The notes below the pieces were generated by a model. That model ran no database searches, was not told where the DNA came from, and was given only the letters and a program-made list of their open reading frames with translations. From a virus: a stretch of 64,000 nucleotides of DNA. Where the stretch lies: positions 129,341-193,340 of the IMG/VR virus record IMGVR_UViG_3300032516_000003, one strand, 5' to 3'. The translations under genes were made by a program, and so were the position numbers. This document shows, piece by piece, positions 49,051 through 56,889 of this stretch (position 1 is the first letter of the stretch; every line of letters starts with the position of its first letter).

Positions 49051-49123
49051 CTGGGTGGGATGGAGTCGAACCACCATCTCCTCTGATGGACTAGAGGCGC
49101 TTTTCCGATTGCGCTACCACCCA
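49051..49123 (-). tRNA. tRNA, anticodon undetermined (irregular 8-nt anticodon loop AGUCCAUC)
   Basis: Good acceptor UGGGUGG/CCACCCA and T-arm. Anticodon stem CCUCU/AGAGG leaves an 8-nt loop. Confidence 0.45.
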
Positions 49124-49127
49124 ATGG

Positions 49128-49212
49128 TGCCATCACCCGGATTCGAACCGGGACGCCCTTTCGAGCACAGCGTTCTGAGCGCTGCGGGTCTACCTGATTT
49201 CCCCATGATGGC
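49128..49212 (-). tRNA. tRNA-Leu(CAG), type II
   Basis: Acceptor GCCAUCA/UGAUGGC, loop CUCAGAA. Confidence 0.75.
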
Positions 49213-49217
49213 GTTGG

Positions 49218-49305
49218 TGCGATCGGCCGGAGTCGAACCGGCACCCAGCTTTCGCCGGACCAGGCCCTCAACCTGGCGGGTCTACCAAGATTTCCCCACG
49301 ATCGC
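49218..49305 (-). tRNA. tRNA-Leu(GAG), type II
   Basis: Acceptor GCGAUCG/CGAUCGC, loop UUGAGGG. Confidence 0.75.
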
Positions 49306-49309
49306 TTGG

Positions 49310-49381
49310 TCGGGGTGACTGGAATTGAACCAGCGACCTCACGGTCCCGAACCGTGCGCGCTACCCCTGCGCTACACCCCG
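49310..49381 (-). tRNA. tRNA-Pro(CGG)
   Basis: Acceptor CGGGGUG/CACCCCG (C1-G72), loop UUCGGGA. Confidence 0.75.
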
Positions 49382-49761
49382 ATTGCTGTCAGGCTCCGGT
49401 ACGTGCCCCCATCGTTGTGGCTCATGCGTAGGTAACCCTGCAGCCAGTTGATCAGGTCACTTGCTTCCCACGCCACCAGTAGCCAGAGGGGAGACCAAAG
49501 CGCTCCCAGAAGGGCCCAAGCTAGCAGTAGAACAATGGACTTGATCAGTGGGGCTAGAGCCGATGTTCTTCTCTGCACGGCTGTGAGGGATTGACTGTAG
49601 CTTACGCTACCCCACACGAAGCCACTTGAAGCGACGTGAGGCCAAGGGCGGAAGGCCTTGATCCCCACACCGTAGGCTCGTGCAACTAAGACGTGCGTCA
49701 GCTCGTGAAGCACGAGAGTCAGAGGAGCACCAACTACGCCTAGGACTATCCAGTACCACAT
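49372..49761 (-). CDS. Small polytopic membrane protein with HExxH ('HELTH') motif; metalloprotease-like
   Basis: Three or four TM helices. HExxH within the first helix (site-2-protease/M50-like arrangement). Confidence 0.4.
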   Translation of the reverse strand: MWYWIVLGVVGAPLTLVLHELTHVLVARAYGVGIKAFRPWPHVASSGFVWGSVSYSQSLTAVQRRTSALAPLIKSIVLLLAWALLGALWSPLWLLVAWEASDLINWLQGYLRMSHNDGGTYRSLTAIGV

Positions 49762-49776
49762 AGGACGAGTCTACCA

Positions 49777-49850
49777 GAGCGGGTGACGGGATTTGAACCC
49801 GCAATCTCCAGCTTGGAAGGCTGGCACCGGTACCAGTCCGGCAGCACCCG
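49777..49850 (-). tRNA. tRNA-Gly(UCC)
   Basis: Acceptor GCGGGUG/CACCCGC, loop CUUCCAA, discriminator U. Confidence 0.75.
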
Positions 49851-49893
49851 CGTGACAGAAAGACAGAATGGGAAGAAGGGGTCGGGTTGTCGT

Positions 49894-50304
49894 TTACTGC
49901 ACGATCTTCTTGATCTCTTCCGCCAATGACTCAGTACGGACTGTCAAGTTCCGTATCAGCCGTGGCAGAATCTGTGCTGCTTCGATTCGCTGTCGTAGAG
50001 GAGCCGAGCTCACGGGGAGGACGCAGTTTTCCTCACCGTCCACATCCTCGATCACCACCAGCTGGTAGCCTCCCTTCTCCTTCCGGTAGGCCAGGCTGTA
50101 GGCGATCTCGACTGGTGGGCCTTCCGATTCTGGGTCGTTGGCCTCTTCTGTAGCCCCCTTCATCGTGATGCGGGCCGTGGCACACGAGAACTCACCTAGA
50201 GCCTCCTCGGTATGCCGGAAGTGGGCGTTCAGCTTCTCCACCAGACACTTCAGCTCCTCTTCCTTCTCTACCAGACGCTGCAGCTCAAGTCGTTGCTCGT
50301 TCAT
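49894..50304 (-). CDS. Coiled-coil hypothetical protein (136 aa; start adjusted to MNEQRL)
   Basis: The track ORF's N-terminal extension runs toward tRNA sequence. Confidence 0.4.
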   Translation of the reverse strand: MNEQRLELQRLVEKEEELKCLVEKLNAHFRHTEEALGEFSCATARITMKGATEEANDPESEGPPVEIAYSLAYRKEKGGYQLVVIEDVDGEENCVLPVSSAPLRQRIEAAQILPRLIRNLTVRTESLAEEIKKIVQ

Positions 50305-50346
50305 GGTCAGTACCCCTGTCAATGAGTACGGACCCCTTCTTCCCGG

Positions 50347-50429
50347 CGGAAGATCCGAGAGTCGAACTCGGCTAGCCTTGCGGCCGTACTCGCCTTCCAA
50401 GCGAGCTGTGCACCTCGCACGCATCTTCC
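50347..50429 (-). tRNA. tRNA-Ser(GGA), type II
   Basis: Acceptor GGAAGAU/AUCUUCC, loop UUGGAAG, discriminator G. Confidence 0.7.
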
Positions 50430-50433
50430 ATGG

Positions 50434-50505
50434 AGCGGCCAGTGAGAGTTGAACTCACGATCTCCACCTTGGCAAGGTGGCGCCTTACCACTAGGCAATG
50501 GCCGC
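50434..50505 (-). tRNA. tRNA-Gly(GCC)
   Basis: Acceptor GCGGCCA/UGGCCGC, loop UUGCCAA. Confidence 0.75.
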
Positions 50506-50557
50506 AAGAAATGGGGGTTGCTCAGCAGCTGATCTTCACGGTTCTTGTACGCCATCG

Positions 50558-50646
50558 CGGAGCGGAGAGGAATCGAACCTCCAGACCCTCATGAGGCCTC
50601 CGGTTTAGCAAACCGGTACAGGGCACCAATGCCTGACGGCCGCTCC
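50558..50646 (-). tRNA. tRNA-Ser(GCU), type II
   Basis: Acceptor GGAGCGG/CCGCUCC, loop UUGCUAA, discriminator G. Confidence 0.75.
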
Positions 50647-50694
50647 ATTGTTTCCCGGCTTTGTTTGGGAGAGCCGGGAAGAACTCCGCTAGCC

Positions 50695-50765
50695 TTGAGA
50701 CGGTGGGTCTTGAAGCCACACTCTCCAGCACCCTAGCTGGTGCTCTACCATTGAGCTACGTCCCT
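50695..50765 (-). tRNA. tRNA-like with 6-nt (or 8-nt) anticodon loop UAGGGU; possible pseudo/suppressor tRNA
   Basis: Canonical D-arm GCUCAAUGGUAGAGC. Acceptor GGGACG/CGUCUC (G3:U70). Anticodon stem CCAGC/GCUGG encloses only 6 nt. Confidence 0.35.
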
Positions 50766-51030
50766 CGGTACTGCGCCAGTTGATCCTTAGTCGTCTTAAC
50801 TCGATGTCTGATTGACGTGGTTGTTTGGCTGCCTGTTGATCTGGATCTCACTACTCCCAGAACGCCTGGGCTACTTCGCGATCACCAGCCACCTGCAGCA
50901 TCACAGTCGTCGCTCGTGATCAGCCTCTATGGGGCCAGGTCACGATCTCACCTCCATGGGCATTGAGCCGGAGTAGGTTGGACATTCTACCACGAACCAG
51001 CCCCCACTAATCGAGGCAGGGGTCTGGGCA

Positions 51031-51101
51031 GCGCCCTATGAGGGACTCGAACCCTCTTCACTCGCTAGACAGGCGAGCTGCGCTCCCAGCGCATCATAGG
51101 G
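51031..51101 (-). tRNA. tRNA-Asp(GUC)
   Basis: Acceptor GCCCUAU/AUAGGGC, loop CUGUCUA, discriminator G. Confidence 0.75.
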
Positions 51102-51310
51102 CAGACCCGGAGACCTTGCGCCCCGCCCTAGGCAGGGACCAGTACTGCAGATCAGGTGAGGGGCCCTATCCACTGATCTTCTGGCGTCTAGTGGCCTTCC
51201 GGTTGGCCGTGAAATAGAACGGTCGCTCCAGTGGCGCCGTCAACGAACTGGAGACTGGGTGGCTAACATCGTAGGACGGTGACGTACTAGTTAGCGACCT
51301 GACCGTTCAG

Positions 51311-51393
51311 CGGAGAGTAGCGGAATCGAACTGCCTGGCTTTCACCAGCCCACGCCTTCGAAGCGTGTTAGGGACCATTCCCTGGTACTCTCC
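51311..51393 (-). tRNA. tRNA-Ser(CGA), type II
   Basis: Acceptor GGAGAGU/ACUCUCC, loop UUCGAAG, discriminator G. Confidence 0.65.
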
Positions 51394-51454
51394 ATTACGG
51401 GAAGCGTGCCGCCGCTGCACCACGTTCGCCCACGCAGAGTGTTGCCCTGCGGCT

Positions 51455-51480
51455 AGCGCCCGGCGGGATTCGAACCCGCG
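51455..51480 (-). other. tRNA 3'-fragment (T-arm + 3' acceptor strand)
   Basis: GCGGG-UUCGAAU-CCCGC-CGGGCGC without a 5' partner. Overlaps tRNA-Ala(GGC). Confidence 0.4.
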
Positions 51481-51492
51481 TCTCTTCCCTAG

Positions 51493-51565
51493 TGGATCCG
51501 ATCGGAGTCGAACCGACAGCCTCCTGAATGCCATTCAGGCGCTCTCCCAGCTGAGCTACGGACCC
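51493..51565 (-). tRNA. tRNA-Ala(GGC)
   Basis: Acceptor GGGUCCG (G3:U70), loop AUGGCAU. Confidence 0.75.
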
Positions 51566-51569
51566 GTCG

Positions 51570-51640
51570 TGGATCGACGGAGAGTCGAACTCCGATTTGC
51601 GGCTTGCGGAACCGCCGTCCTCCCATTGGACGATCGACCC
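51570..51640 (-). tRNA. tRNA-Ala(CGC)
   Basis: Acceptor GGGUCGA (G3:U70), loop UCCGCAA. Confidence 0.65.
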
Positions 51641-51689
51641 GTGTTATGCTCTCCCAAATGTCGGCATCTTGCCGATGAGGAGAAGGACA

Positions 51690-51953
51690 ATGATCAAGTA
51701 CCTACTATGTCTGGTTGCGATGCTCTTCGTGGCGTGCAGCAAGCCAGTGGCCCCGGCTGCTCCGACTTCTGCTCCGGCCAAAGTGGAGACCCCTGCTGCG
51801 CCAGCTCCTGCCTCCGTGCCGGTACTGAAGGTCATGCCGCCAGCCAAAGCTCCTGCTGCGGCCAAGGTGACAGTCAAGGCCGGACCGATCATCACAGTGA
51901 TTCCTGCCAAGGCCACCACCAAGCTTCCGCCCAATAACCTCAAGATCAAGTAA
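51690..51953 (+). CDS. Pro/Ala-rich lipoprotein (signal peptide + lipobox FVAC); o-spanin-like or superinfection-exclusion candidate
   Basis: 'MIKYLLCLVAMLFVAC|SKPVAP...'. GAGGAGAAGGA RBS. Plus-strand gene inside the minus-strand tRNA array. Confidence 0.5.
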   Translation: MIKYLLCLVAMLFVACSKPVAPAAPTSAPAKVETPAAPAPASVPVLKVMPPAKAPAAAKVTVKAGPIITVIPAKATTKLPPNNLKIK

Positions 51954-51962
51954 TGCTGCGTA

Positions 51963-52033
51963 GGTGATCGGTGGAAGTCGAATCCACACCTACAGGGCCA
52001 CAACCTGCCGTGCTACCGCTACACCACGACCAC
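51963..52033 (-). tRNA. tRNA-His(GUG)
   Basis: Acceptor GUGGUCG/CGAUCAC, loop UUGUGGC, discriminator C. Confidence 0.75.
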
Positions 52034-52035
52034 AG

Positions 52036-52110
52036 TGCGACCCGCTGGATTCGAACCAGCCACCCTTCGCTTATCAAGCGAATGCTCTAACCAAGATGAG
52101 CTAGGGTCGC
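52036..52110 (-). tRNA. tRNA-Ile(GAU)
   Basis: Acceptor GCGACCC/GGGUCGC, loop UUGAUAA. Confidence 0.8.
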
Positions 52111-52115
52111 GTTAG

Positions 52116-52188
52116 AGTGGGAGGCGAGATTTGAACTCACATCGGGCTGCTTAACAGGCAGCTGCCTGAACCATTAGGCTACTCCCAC
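52116..52188 (-). tRNA. tRNA-Asn(GUU)
   Basis: Acceptor GUGGGAG/CUCCCAC, loop CUGUUAA. Confidence 0.75.
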
Positions 52189-52192
52189 ATGG

Positions 52193-52264
52193 TCGAGGTG
52201 GCCGGGATCGAACCGGCGACCCCCTGGTCCCAGGCCAGGTGCGCTACCCCTGCGCTACACCTCG
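52193..52264 (-). tRNA. tRNA-Pro(UGG)
   Basis: Acceptor CGAGGUG/CACCUCG, loop CCUGGGA. Confidence 0.75.
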
Positions 52265-52265
52265 G

Positions 52266-52337
52266 TTCGGCCGGCACGATTCGAACGTGCGACTACTCGG
52301 GTCAAAGCCGAGTGTCCTACCACTGGACGACGGCCGA
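52266..52337 (-). tRNA. tRNA-Gln(UUG)
   Basis: Acceptor UCGGCCG/CGGCCGA (U1-A72), loop CUUUGAC. Confidence 0.75.
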
Positions 52338-52399
52338 TCACAATTGTGAAGTACACCGCTTCTGTGAGTCGCGACATCAGGAAACGATGTACTTCGTGG

Positions 52400-52470
52400 T
52401 GCTCCAGTGCGGAGTTGAACCGCAACCTTCTGGGCTTCAACCAGACGCTCTACCTCTGAGCTACCGGAGC
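52400..52470 (-). tRNA. tRNA-Phe(GAA)
   Basis: Acceptor GCUCCGG/CUGGAGC, loop UUGAAGC. Confidence 0.75.
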
Positions 52471-52475
52471 CTCAG

Positions 52476-52548
52476 TCCACCCCGGGGGAGTCGAACCCAC
52501 CGTCAACCGCTTATAGGGCAGCCGTTAGAACCGCTTAACTAGGGGTGG
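52476..52548 (-). tRNA. tRNA-Ile(UAU)-like (AUA decoder) — anticodon assignment tentative
   Basis: Acceptor CCACCCC/GGGGUGG, loop CCUAUAA. Confidence 0.5.
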
Positions 52549-52617
52549 TTGTGCCCGGCAAGACGCCGGGCTTCGTGACCACGTATCGCTATTCGTTTGT
52601 CACAGAGCGTTGCGCAG

Positions 52618-52691
52618 TTCGGGGTGAGAGACTTGAACTCCCAATCTTCCGGGTCAGAGCCGGACGCTCTAGCCAGTTGAGCCAACCCCGA
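52618..52691 (-). tRNA. tRNA-Gln(CUG)
   Basis: Acceptor UCGGGGU/ACCCCGA, loop CUCUGAC. Confidence 0.75.
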
Positions 52692-52707
52692 TCATCTAGT
52701 ACGCGCC

Positions 52708-52780
52708 GTGGGTCCACAGAGATTCGAACTCTGTTCTCCCGGGTAAGAGCCGGGTGCTTCTCCTGCTAAGCTTTGGACCC
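52708..52780 (-). tRNA. tRNA-Lys(CUU)
   Basis: Acceptor GGGUCCA/UGGACCC, loop CUCUUAC. Confidence 0.7.
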
Positions 52781-53089
52781 TCTACGTCTCTGACGCCAGT
52801 GTAGTTTCGCGTGACAGTTGAGGCACATCACTTCGCACTTCTTGATCTCTTCTTCTAGCCGCGCAAGAGACCATCCCATCCTAGACGCACTCCCCAACTC
52901 AAACGACTTGTTGTTGGGATCTGTGTGGTGAAAGACAAGGGCGGCCTTGTGCCTCTCGCCACATGTGCAGAACGTCTTTCTCTCCTCTATGAACTCCTTG
53001 ATCTGCCTTCGTTGCTCTAGCAGCCGCTGCGCTGCCTTGTCCCGGTTCTTCTGGTAGTACCTAGCGTTCACTTCTCTGCTGTTGCTCAT
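52766..53089 (-). CDS. HNH homing endonuclease (107 aa)
   Basis: 'CTCGERHKAALVFHHTDPNNK...CEVMCLNCHAKLHW'. Confidence 0.7.
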   Translation of the reverse strand: MSNSREVNARYYQKNRDKAAQRLLEQRRQIKEFIEERKTFCTCGERHKAALVFHHTDPNNKSFELGSASRMGWSLARLEEEIKKCEVMCLNCHAKLHWRQRRRGSKA

Positions 53090-53174
53090 ACACCGTCAGT
53101 AGCATCTCTTACTCACCTCTGTCAAGTAAGAGTCAGGTGCTCTGCCGGTCGAGCTAGGCGCGTATGATCTTCAG

Positions 53175-53247
53175 TGCCTCCGGCAGGAGTCGAACCTGCA
53201 ACTTTCGGGGTAAAAGCCCGCTACGCTGCCAGTTGCGTCACGGAGGC
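53175..53247 (-). tRNA. tRNA-Lys(UUU)
   Basis: Acceptor GCCUCCG/CGGAGGC, loop CUUUUAC. Confidence 0.7.
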
Positions 53248-53292
53248 TCATGTACAAGTCATAAGCCCCGCGTTTGAGTCGTGCCTTCATGG

Positions 53293-53377
53293 TGCACGTG
53301 GCTGGAGTCGAACCAACCTGGGCGCTATGTCCAACCGGGTTACGGCCGGTCCCCGAGCCCTACGGGCCTACACGTGC
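53293..53377 (-). tRNA. tRNA-Tyr(GUA), type II
   Basis: Acceptor GCACGUG/CACGUGC, anticodon stem ACCGG/CCGGU, loop CCGUAAC. Confidence 0.6.
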
Positions 53378-53399
53378 GTGTCAGATACGAAAACGTTGT

Positions 53400-53819
53400 T
53401 CACACCGCATGTCTTCGTCTATGATCTTCGAGATACTCGACCGCTTTCCTGAGCAATTCTGGATCGTCTCGAAGGAGTCCTATCCCGCTGTTGCAACTCC
53501 TACACAACGCCCCACGTTTTTCTCCGCTGTGGTGATCGTGGTCCAGGACCAATTCTCCTCCAGCCCCACAGATGGCACAGAGCCCGCGTTGCTCTTCTAT
53601 TCTCTTTTCCCTCGCTTCTCTCCACTCCCTTTCGGCTGTGTGGTTTGGACTCCAGTGCCCCTTGTTCGGGTTCTGATTTCGGCACACCCACCGCTTCCTA
53701 GTCTTGCGGAAGCGGAGAGGGGTATTCGGGCCACATTCGGCACAAGTCCCTACGCCCTTGTCTTGATCGATACTGCTGAGTCGATGTTTCCACTTCGACC
53801 CCATGTGCACCCCCTGCAA
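53400..53819 (-). CDS. Endonuclease VII-family nuclease (third copy)
   Basis: 'LVLDHDHHSGEKRGALCRSCNSGIGLL'. Confidence 0.7.
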   Translation of the reverse strand: MQGVHMGSKWKHRLSSIDQDKGVGTCAECGPNTPLRFRKTRKRWVCRNQNPNKGHWSPNHTAEREWREAREKRIEEQRGLCAICGAGGELVLDHDHHSGEKRGALCRSCNSGIGLLRDDPELLRKAVEYLEDHRRRHAV

Positions 53820-54175
53820 AACAAAAGCCGCCAGAAGTTACCTTCGGGCGGCTCCAGAACCTGTTCTCTGTTTCGGTCTAGGAGCCGCCTGGTGGCCTTT
53901 CGTGCCCGAGGGTATTGGCGTACAGGGTGCCCTCGGGCTTGGTTGGGCGCGCGAAGACGCACACGTCCAACCACGACCGAATGGCCGGGCTGGATGATGT
54001 CTGCGTCATGGCGGCTTTGAACATTGAAGATGACCCTCTTCTCCACCTATGAGCCTGCTCCAGACACTTGTCAAGCAGAAATCGACATCCCGTCGAGAAA
54101 GGCCTCGGAACCGCGCTCTGGACCGCCCGTGGGGGGGGTTCGGACGGAGGTGCGGTTCCGAGGCCAGACTCGATC

Positions 54176-54601
54176 CTACCGCTTCTCAATCTGCTTGGCT
54201 AGCCTCCGCTTCTCAATCTGCTTGATGGTCTTCGAGACCCACGTGCTGGTATTGATCCAGTAGATGCGGTCAGCGGTGACCACGACGGCGCCACCACCGT
54301 AGGCGTCCAGCCGCGGCTTGCTGCAGTCATTGGCCCACTCGAAGCTGAAGATGGCCTTGGGTCGGAACTGCTTGATGAACTCCTGGAGGAAGAGAACGAG
54401 GTTGTCGAGATTCACACTCTCCCCGTCGTAGATCCAGAGTGACTTGTCTGCCTCGTCGAAGGAGTACTCCGCATCGAAGAGCGGGAAGTCGTTCTCGTCC
54501 ATGGTTGCTTCGCGGCGCTTGATCTCAGCGCGCAACCACTCTTCCTCTGCCTTGTGGAGCTTGGGGATCTCGAATGAGCAGTGAGTGTAGTAGTCAGCCA
54601 T
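54176..54601 (-). CDS. Hypothetical acidic protein (141 aa) with duplicated C-terminal heptad 'KQIEKRR'
   Basis: 20-bp direct DNA repeat (ccgcttctcaatctgcttg x2) at the 3' end. Confidence 0.4.
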   Translation of the reverse strand: MADYYTHCSFEIPKLHKAEEEWLRAEIKRREATMDENDFPLFDAEYSFDEADKSLWIYDGESVNLDNLVLFLQEFIKQFRPKAIFSFEWANDCSKPRLDAYGGGAVVVTADRIYWINTSTWVSKTIKQIEKRRLAKQIEKR

Positions 54602-54797
54602 GATCTATCTCCTTCTTGCGGCCACGCACGATGGGTCCACGCCTCAGCTCGATGAGATTCCGCGCCAGCTCGTAGTCGCCAGCTCGCTCGGCCTGTAGTG
54701 CCTTGGGTGGCAGGATGTAGCACTCGTGATCGACGGGCCTACCAGTCTGGAGATCGTGGCCGAAGTTGCAGAAGCTGGTGCAGAAGACCTCAGACAC
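54594..54797 (-). CDS. Small hypothetical protein (67 aa)
   Basis: Coupled ORF. Confidence 0.3.
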   Translation of the reverse strand: MSEVFCTSFCNFGHDLQTGRPVDHECYILPPKALQAERAGDYELARNLIELRRGPIVRGRKKEIDHG

Positions 54798-55191
54798 GGT
54801 AGCGCCTGCCTGGGTCCTTGCCCGTCTTGAGGAACCGGTCGTAGCGCTTCATGAACTGGTACCAGTAGATCGACTTCACGTAGCTGGTGGCCCGCCCACG
54901 AAGAGCGCTGCCGTAGTTCCAGTTGAGATGGTGCCCCTTGTCCGGCGTGTCGATCTTGAACAGCTCGAAGTTGACCAGGCTATGGTCGTAGCACATGCGG
55001 GCGCCGACCTTGGCCAGGTAGCCCTCGTTCACCAGTGTCGAGACGATGCGTGAGCAGGTGCCGAAGGGAAGACCGGTGCTGAAGCCAAGTCCCAGTCGAT
55101 CGACGTCAGTATGCAGGTGGATGTAGCGAATGACTGCCCGGTAGTCTTCAGTGGGGGACAACTTGACTGGTGTCTTGGGCTTCTTGACCAT
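54790..55191 (-). CDS. Hypothetical protein (133 aa)
   Basis: Coding composition. Confidence 0.4.
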   Translation of the reverse strand: MVKKPKTPVKLSPTEDYRAVIRYIHLHTDVDRLGLGFSTGLPFGTCSRIVSTLVNEGYLAKVGARMCYDHSLVNFELFKIDTPDKGHHLNWNYGSALRGRATSYVKSIYWYQFMKRYDRFLKTGKDPGRRYRV

Positions 55192-55555
55192 CTTCCTCCT
55201 CCTTGTAGTCCTGTTCGATCAGCTCTGCCTTCTTGAGGCGCTCGATGGCCTGCTCACGAGTCAGGCCCCTGCACTCGTAGTCCTCGTAGATCTGCTCCAC
55301 GAGGTCCTCGTCCATTAGCTCGGGGTCGAAGATGATCTTGTCCATCATCATGGGGTAGGTGCCGGAAGGGAACTCCAGCTCGACGTAGATTCGCGCCACC
55401 TGGAAGACGTCGTCGAGCCCGATGCCCTGCGTCTTGTAGGTGCCCGGTGGCAGGCCGTATTCCGCCAGAGCCAGCTCTCCGAACTCTTCGATGAACCTCT
55501 CAGTGCGGCGTCCTCGGCTGATGCTACCCATGGCGCGTCTCGTCGGCGAAGGCAT
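55148..55555 (-). CDS. Acidic hypothetical protein (135 aa)
   Basis: Coding composition. Confidence 0.4.
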   Translation of the reverse strand: MPSPTRRAMGSISRGRRTERFIEEFGELALAEYGLPPGTYKTQGIGLDDVFQVARIYVELEFPSGTYPMMMDKIIFDPELMDEDLVEQIYEDYECRGLTREQAIERLKKAELIEQDYKEEEDGQEAQDTSQVVPH

Positions 55556-55778
55556 CGTAGACTCGGTTCAGCTGCTCGGTGGCACTCTCCATGACCCTGC
55601 ACGCCTCACTCAGCTGCTTCGCTGTGCCAGCACGGGGGTCGTAGGTCTCCTGGAGCTCCTCGACGATGAAGGCGGCCAGGCCATCGCCGTGGTTGTGGGA
55701 GGAATCGCGGAAGCAGTCCATGACGATGCCATCGCCGTATGCTTGATCGGCGATCTTGATGATGTCCTTGAATCTCAT
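55524..55778 (-). CDS. Hypothetical protein (84 aa)
   Basis: Coupled ORF. Confidence 0.35.
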   Translation of the reverse strand: MRFKDIIKIADQAYGDGIVMDCFRDSSHNHGDGLAAFIVEELQETYDPRAGTAKQLSEACRVMESATEQLNRVYDAFADETRHG

Positions 55779-56053
55779 GCTGCCTCTTTTCTAGTGGGGT
55801 CAATGACTTCACCCCAGCGGTAGTTCTCGTACACGTAGCCACGCCGCAGATAGAGTAATTGCTTGATGGCCTCGAATCTGCCCTTTCTGGCTTGCCGATA
55901 TAGGTCGGCATGATGGCCGTGGATGTCGGAGTAACACTCCCATTCGTCCAGCAGCTTGAACAGGCATCTAAGGGCCGCCTCTTCCTTCTCGGGAATGGAG
56001 GCATCCCAGTAGACGGGATCGGCTTTGAGGTTCTCGTAGACAAGGATCTTCAA
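55775..56053 (-). CDS. Hypothetical protein (92 aa)
   Basis: Coupled ORF. Confidence 0.35.
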   Translation of the reverse strand: MKILVYENLKADPVYWDASIPEKEEAALRCLFKLLDEWECYSDIHGHHADLYRQARKGRFEAIKQLLYLRRGYVYENYRWGEVIDPTRKEAA

Positions 56054-56173
56054 GGTAGCCTCCTGAGGGCTCTAGTTGATGATCTTATACCACCGACTTG
56101 AGCATCTTTATGAGGAGAATCCACAGTAACTGAGAATATTGCGCATGCGTGAAAACCCTGTTATAGTGGCCAA

Positions 56174-56557
56174 ATGACTAAGAAATGCCCCAGGTGCGGC
56201 CGGTACAAGGACCTTGTGGAATTCGGTAAGTCCTGCAAAACCAAAGATGGCAAGACTTGCTATTGCATACTGTGCGGTAGGGAGTACCGCAACAATCACG
56301 GACAGATCCAGAGACTAATGGTGTTGGAACATTACGGCGGGAAGTGTGCCTGTTGTGGAGAGGACCATCCCGAATTTCTTTCGCTTGACCACATTAATGG
56401 AGGAGGCCACAAGCATCAGCTTGAGATTAAACGCCGGCATGTAGTGGAATGGGTGGCTGCTAAAGGTTTCCCTGCCGGATTCAGGGTGCTTTGCCACAAT
56501 TGCAATCAGGCGCTTGGCCACTACGGTTATTGTCCCCACCGTAGAAAAGAGGGCTAA
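56174..56557 (+). CDS. HNH homing endonuclease (127 aa)
   Basis: 'CACCGEDHPEFLSLDHINGGGHKH...FRVLCHNCNQALGHYG' plus N-terminal zinc ribbon. Confidence 0.7.
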   Translation: MTKKCPRCGRYKDLVEFGKSCKTKDGKTCYCILCGREYRNNHGQIQRLMVLEHYGGKCACCGEDHPEFLSLDHINGGGHKHQLEIKRRHVVEWVAAKGFPAGFRVLCHNCNQALGHYGYCPHRRKEG

Positions 56558-56619
56558 GGAAACGGGGCAGAATATCACCCCAGAGGCGGGAGCTCGCGGA
56601 CCTGGCCAAAGCCCACGAA

Positions 56620-56889
56620 CTAGGTGAGTTCGTCTTCTCTACGGGCTATCCCAGAGGAGATGTGGATGAGGTCGTCCATCTGCTGGTTGATCTTGTCCTT
56701 GAGCCCGTAGAGGCAGTTGGTCTGCTCCCACGGGCTCATGGTCTGCCACTCGTGAAGAAGCCCTGCATGTACGACCTGTGCCTCGGCCCCCTTTCTAGAG
56801 GTGACCGCCAGCCAGATGAGCATGGCGAACTCCTTCGAGACGCGGCTGAGCCAGTGATCTACAATCTTCTTGTCGTACGGTGAACCCAT
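56620..56889 (-). CDS. Hypothetical protein (89 aa; TGATG-coupled to the nucleotidase)
   Basis: Start adjusted to MGSPYDK. Confidence 0.4.
   Translation of the reverse strand: MGSPYDKKIVDHWLSRVSKEFAMLIWLAVTSRKGAEAQVVHAGLLHEWQTMSPWEQTNCLYGLKDKINQQMDDLIHISSGIARREDELT

Noticed and set aside
53274-54020. 248-aa plus-strand ORF spanning tRNA-Tyr and the endoVII gene region
   Set aside because: It is antisense to a clear endoVII-motif gene and runs through a tRNA. Low-complexity composition.
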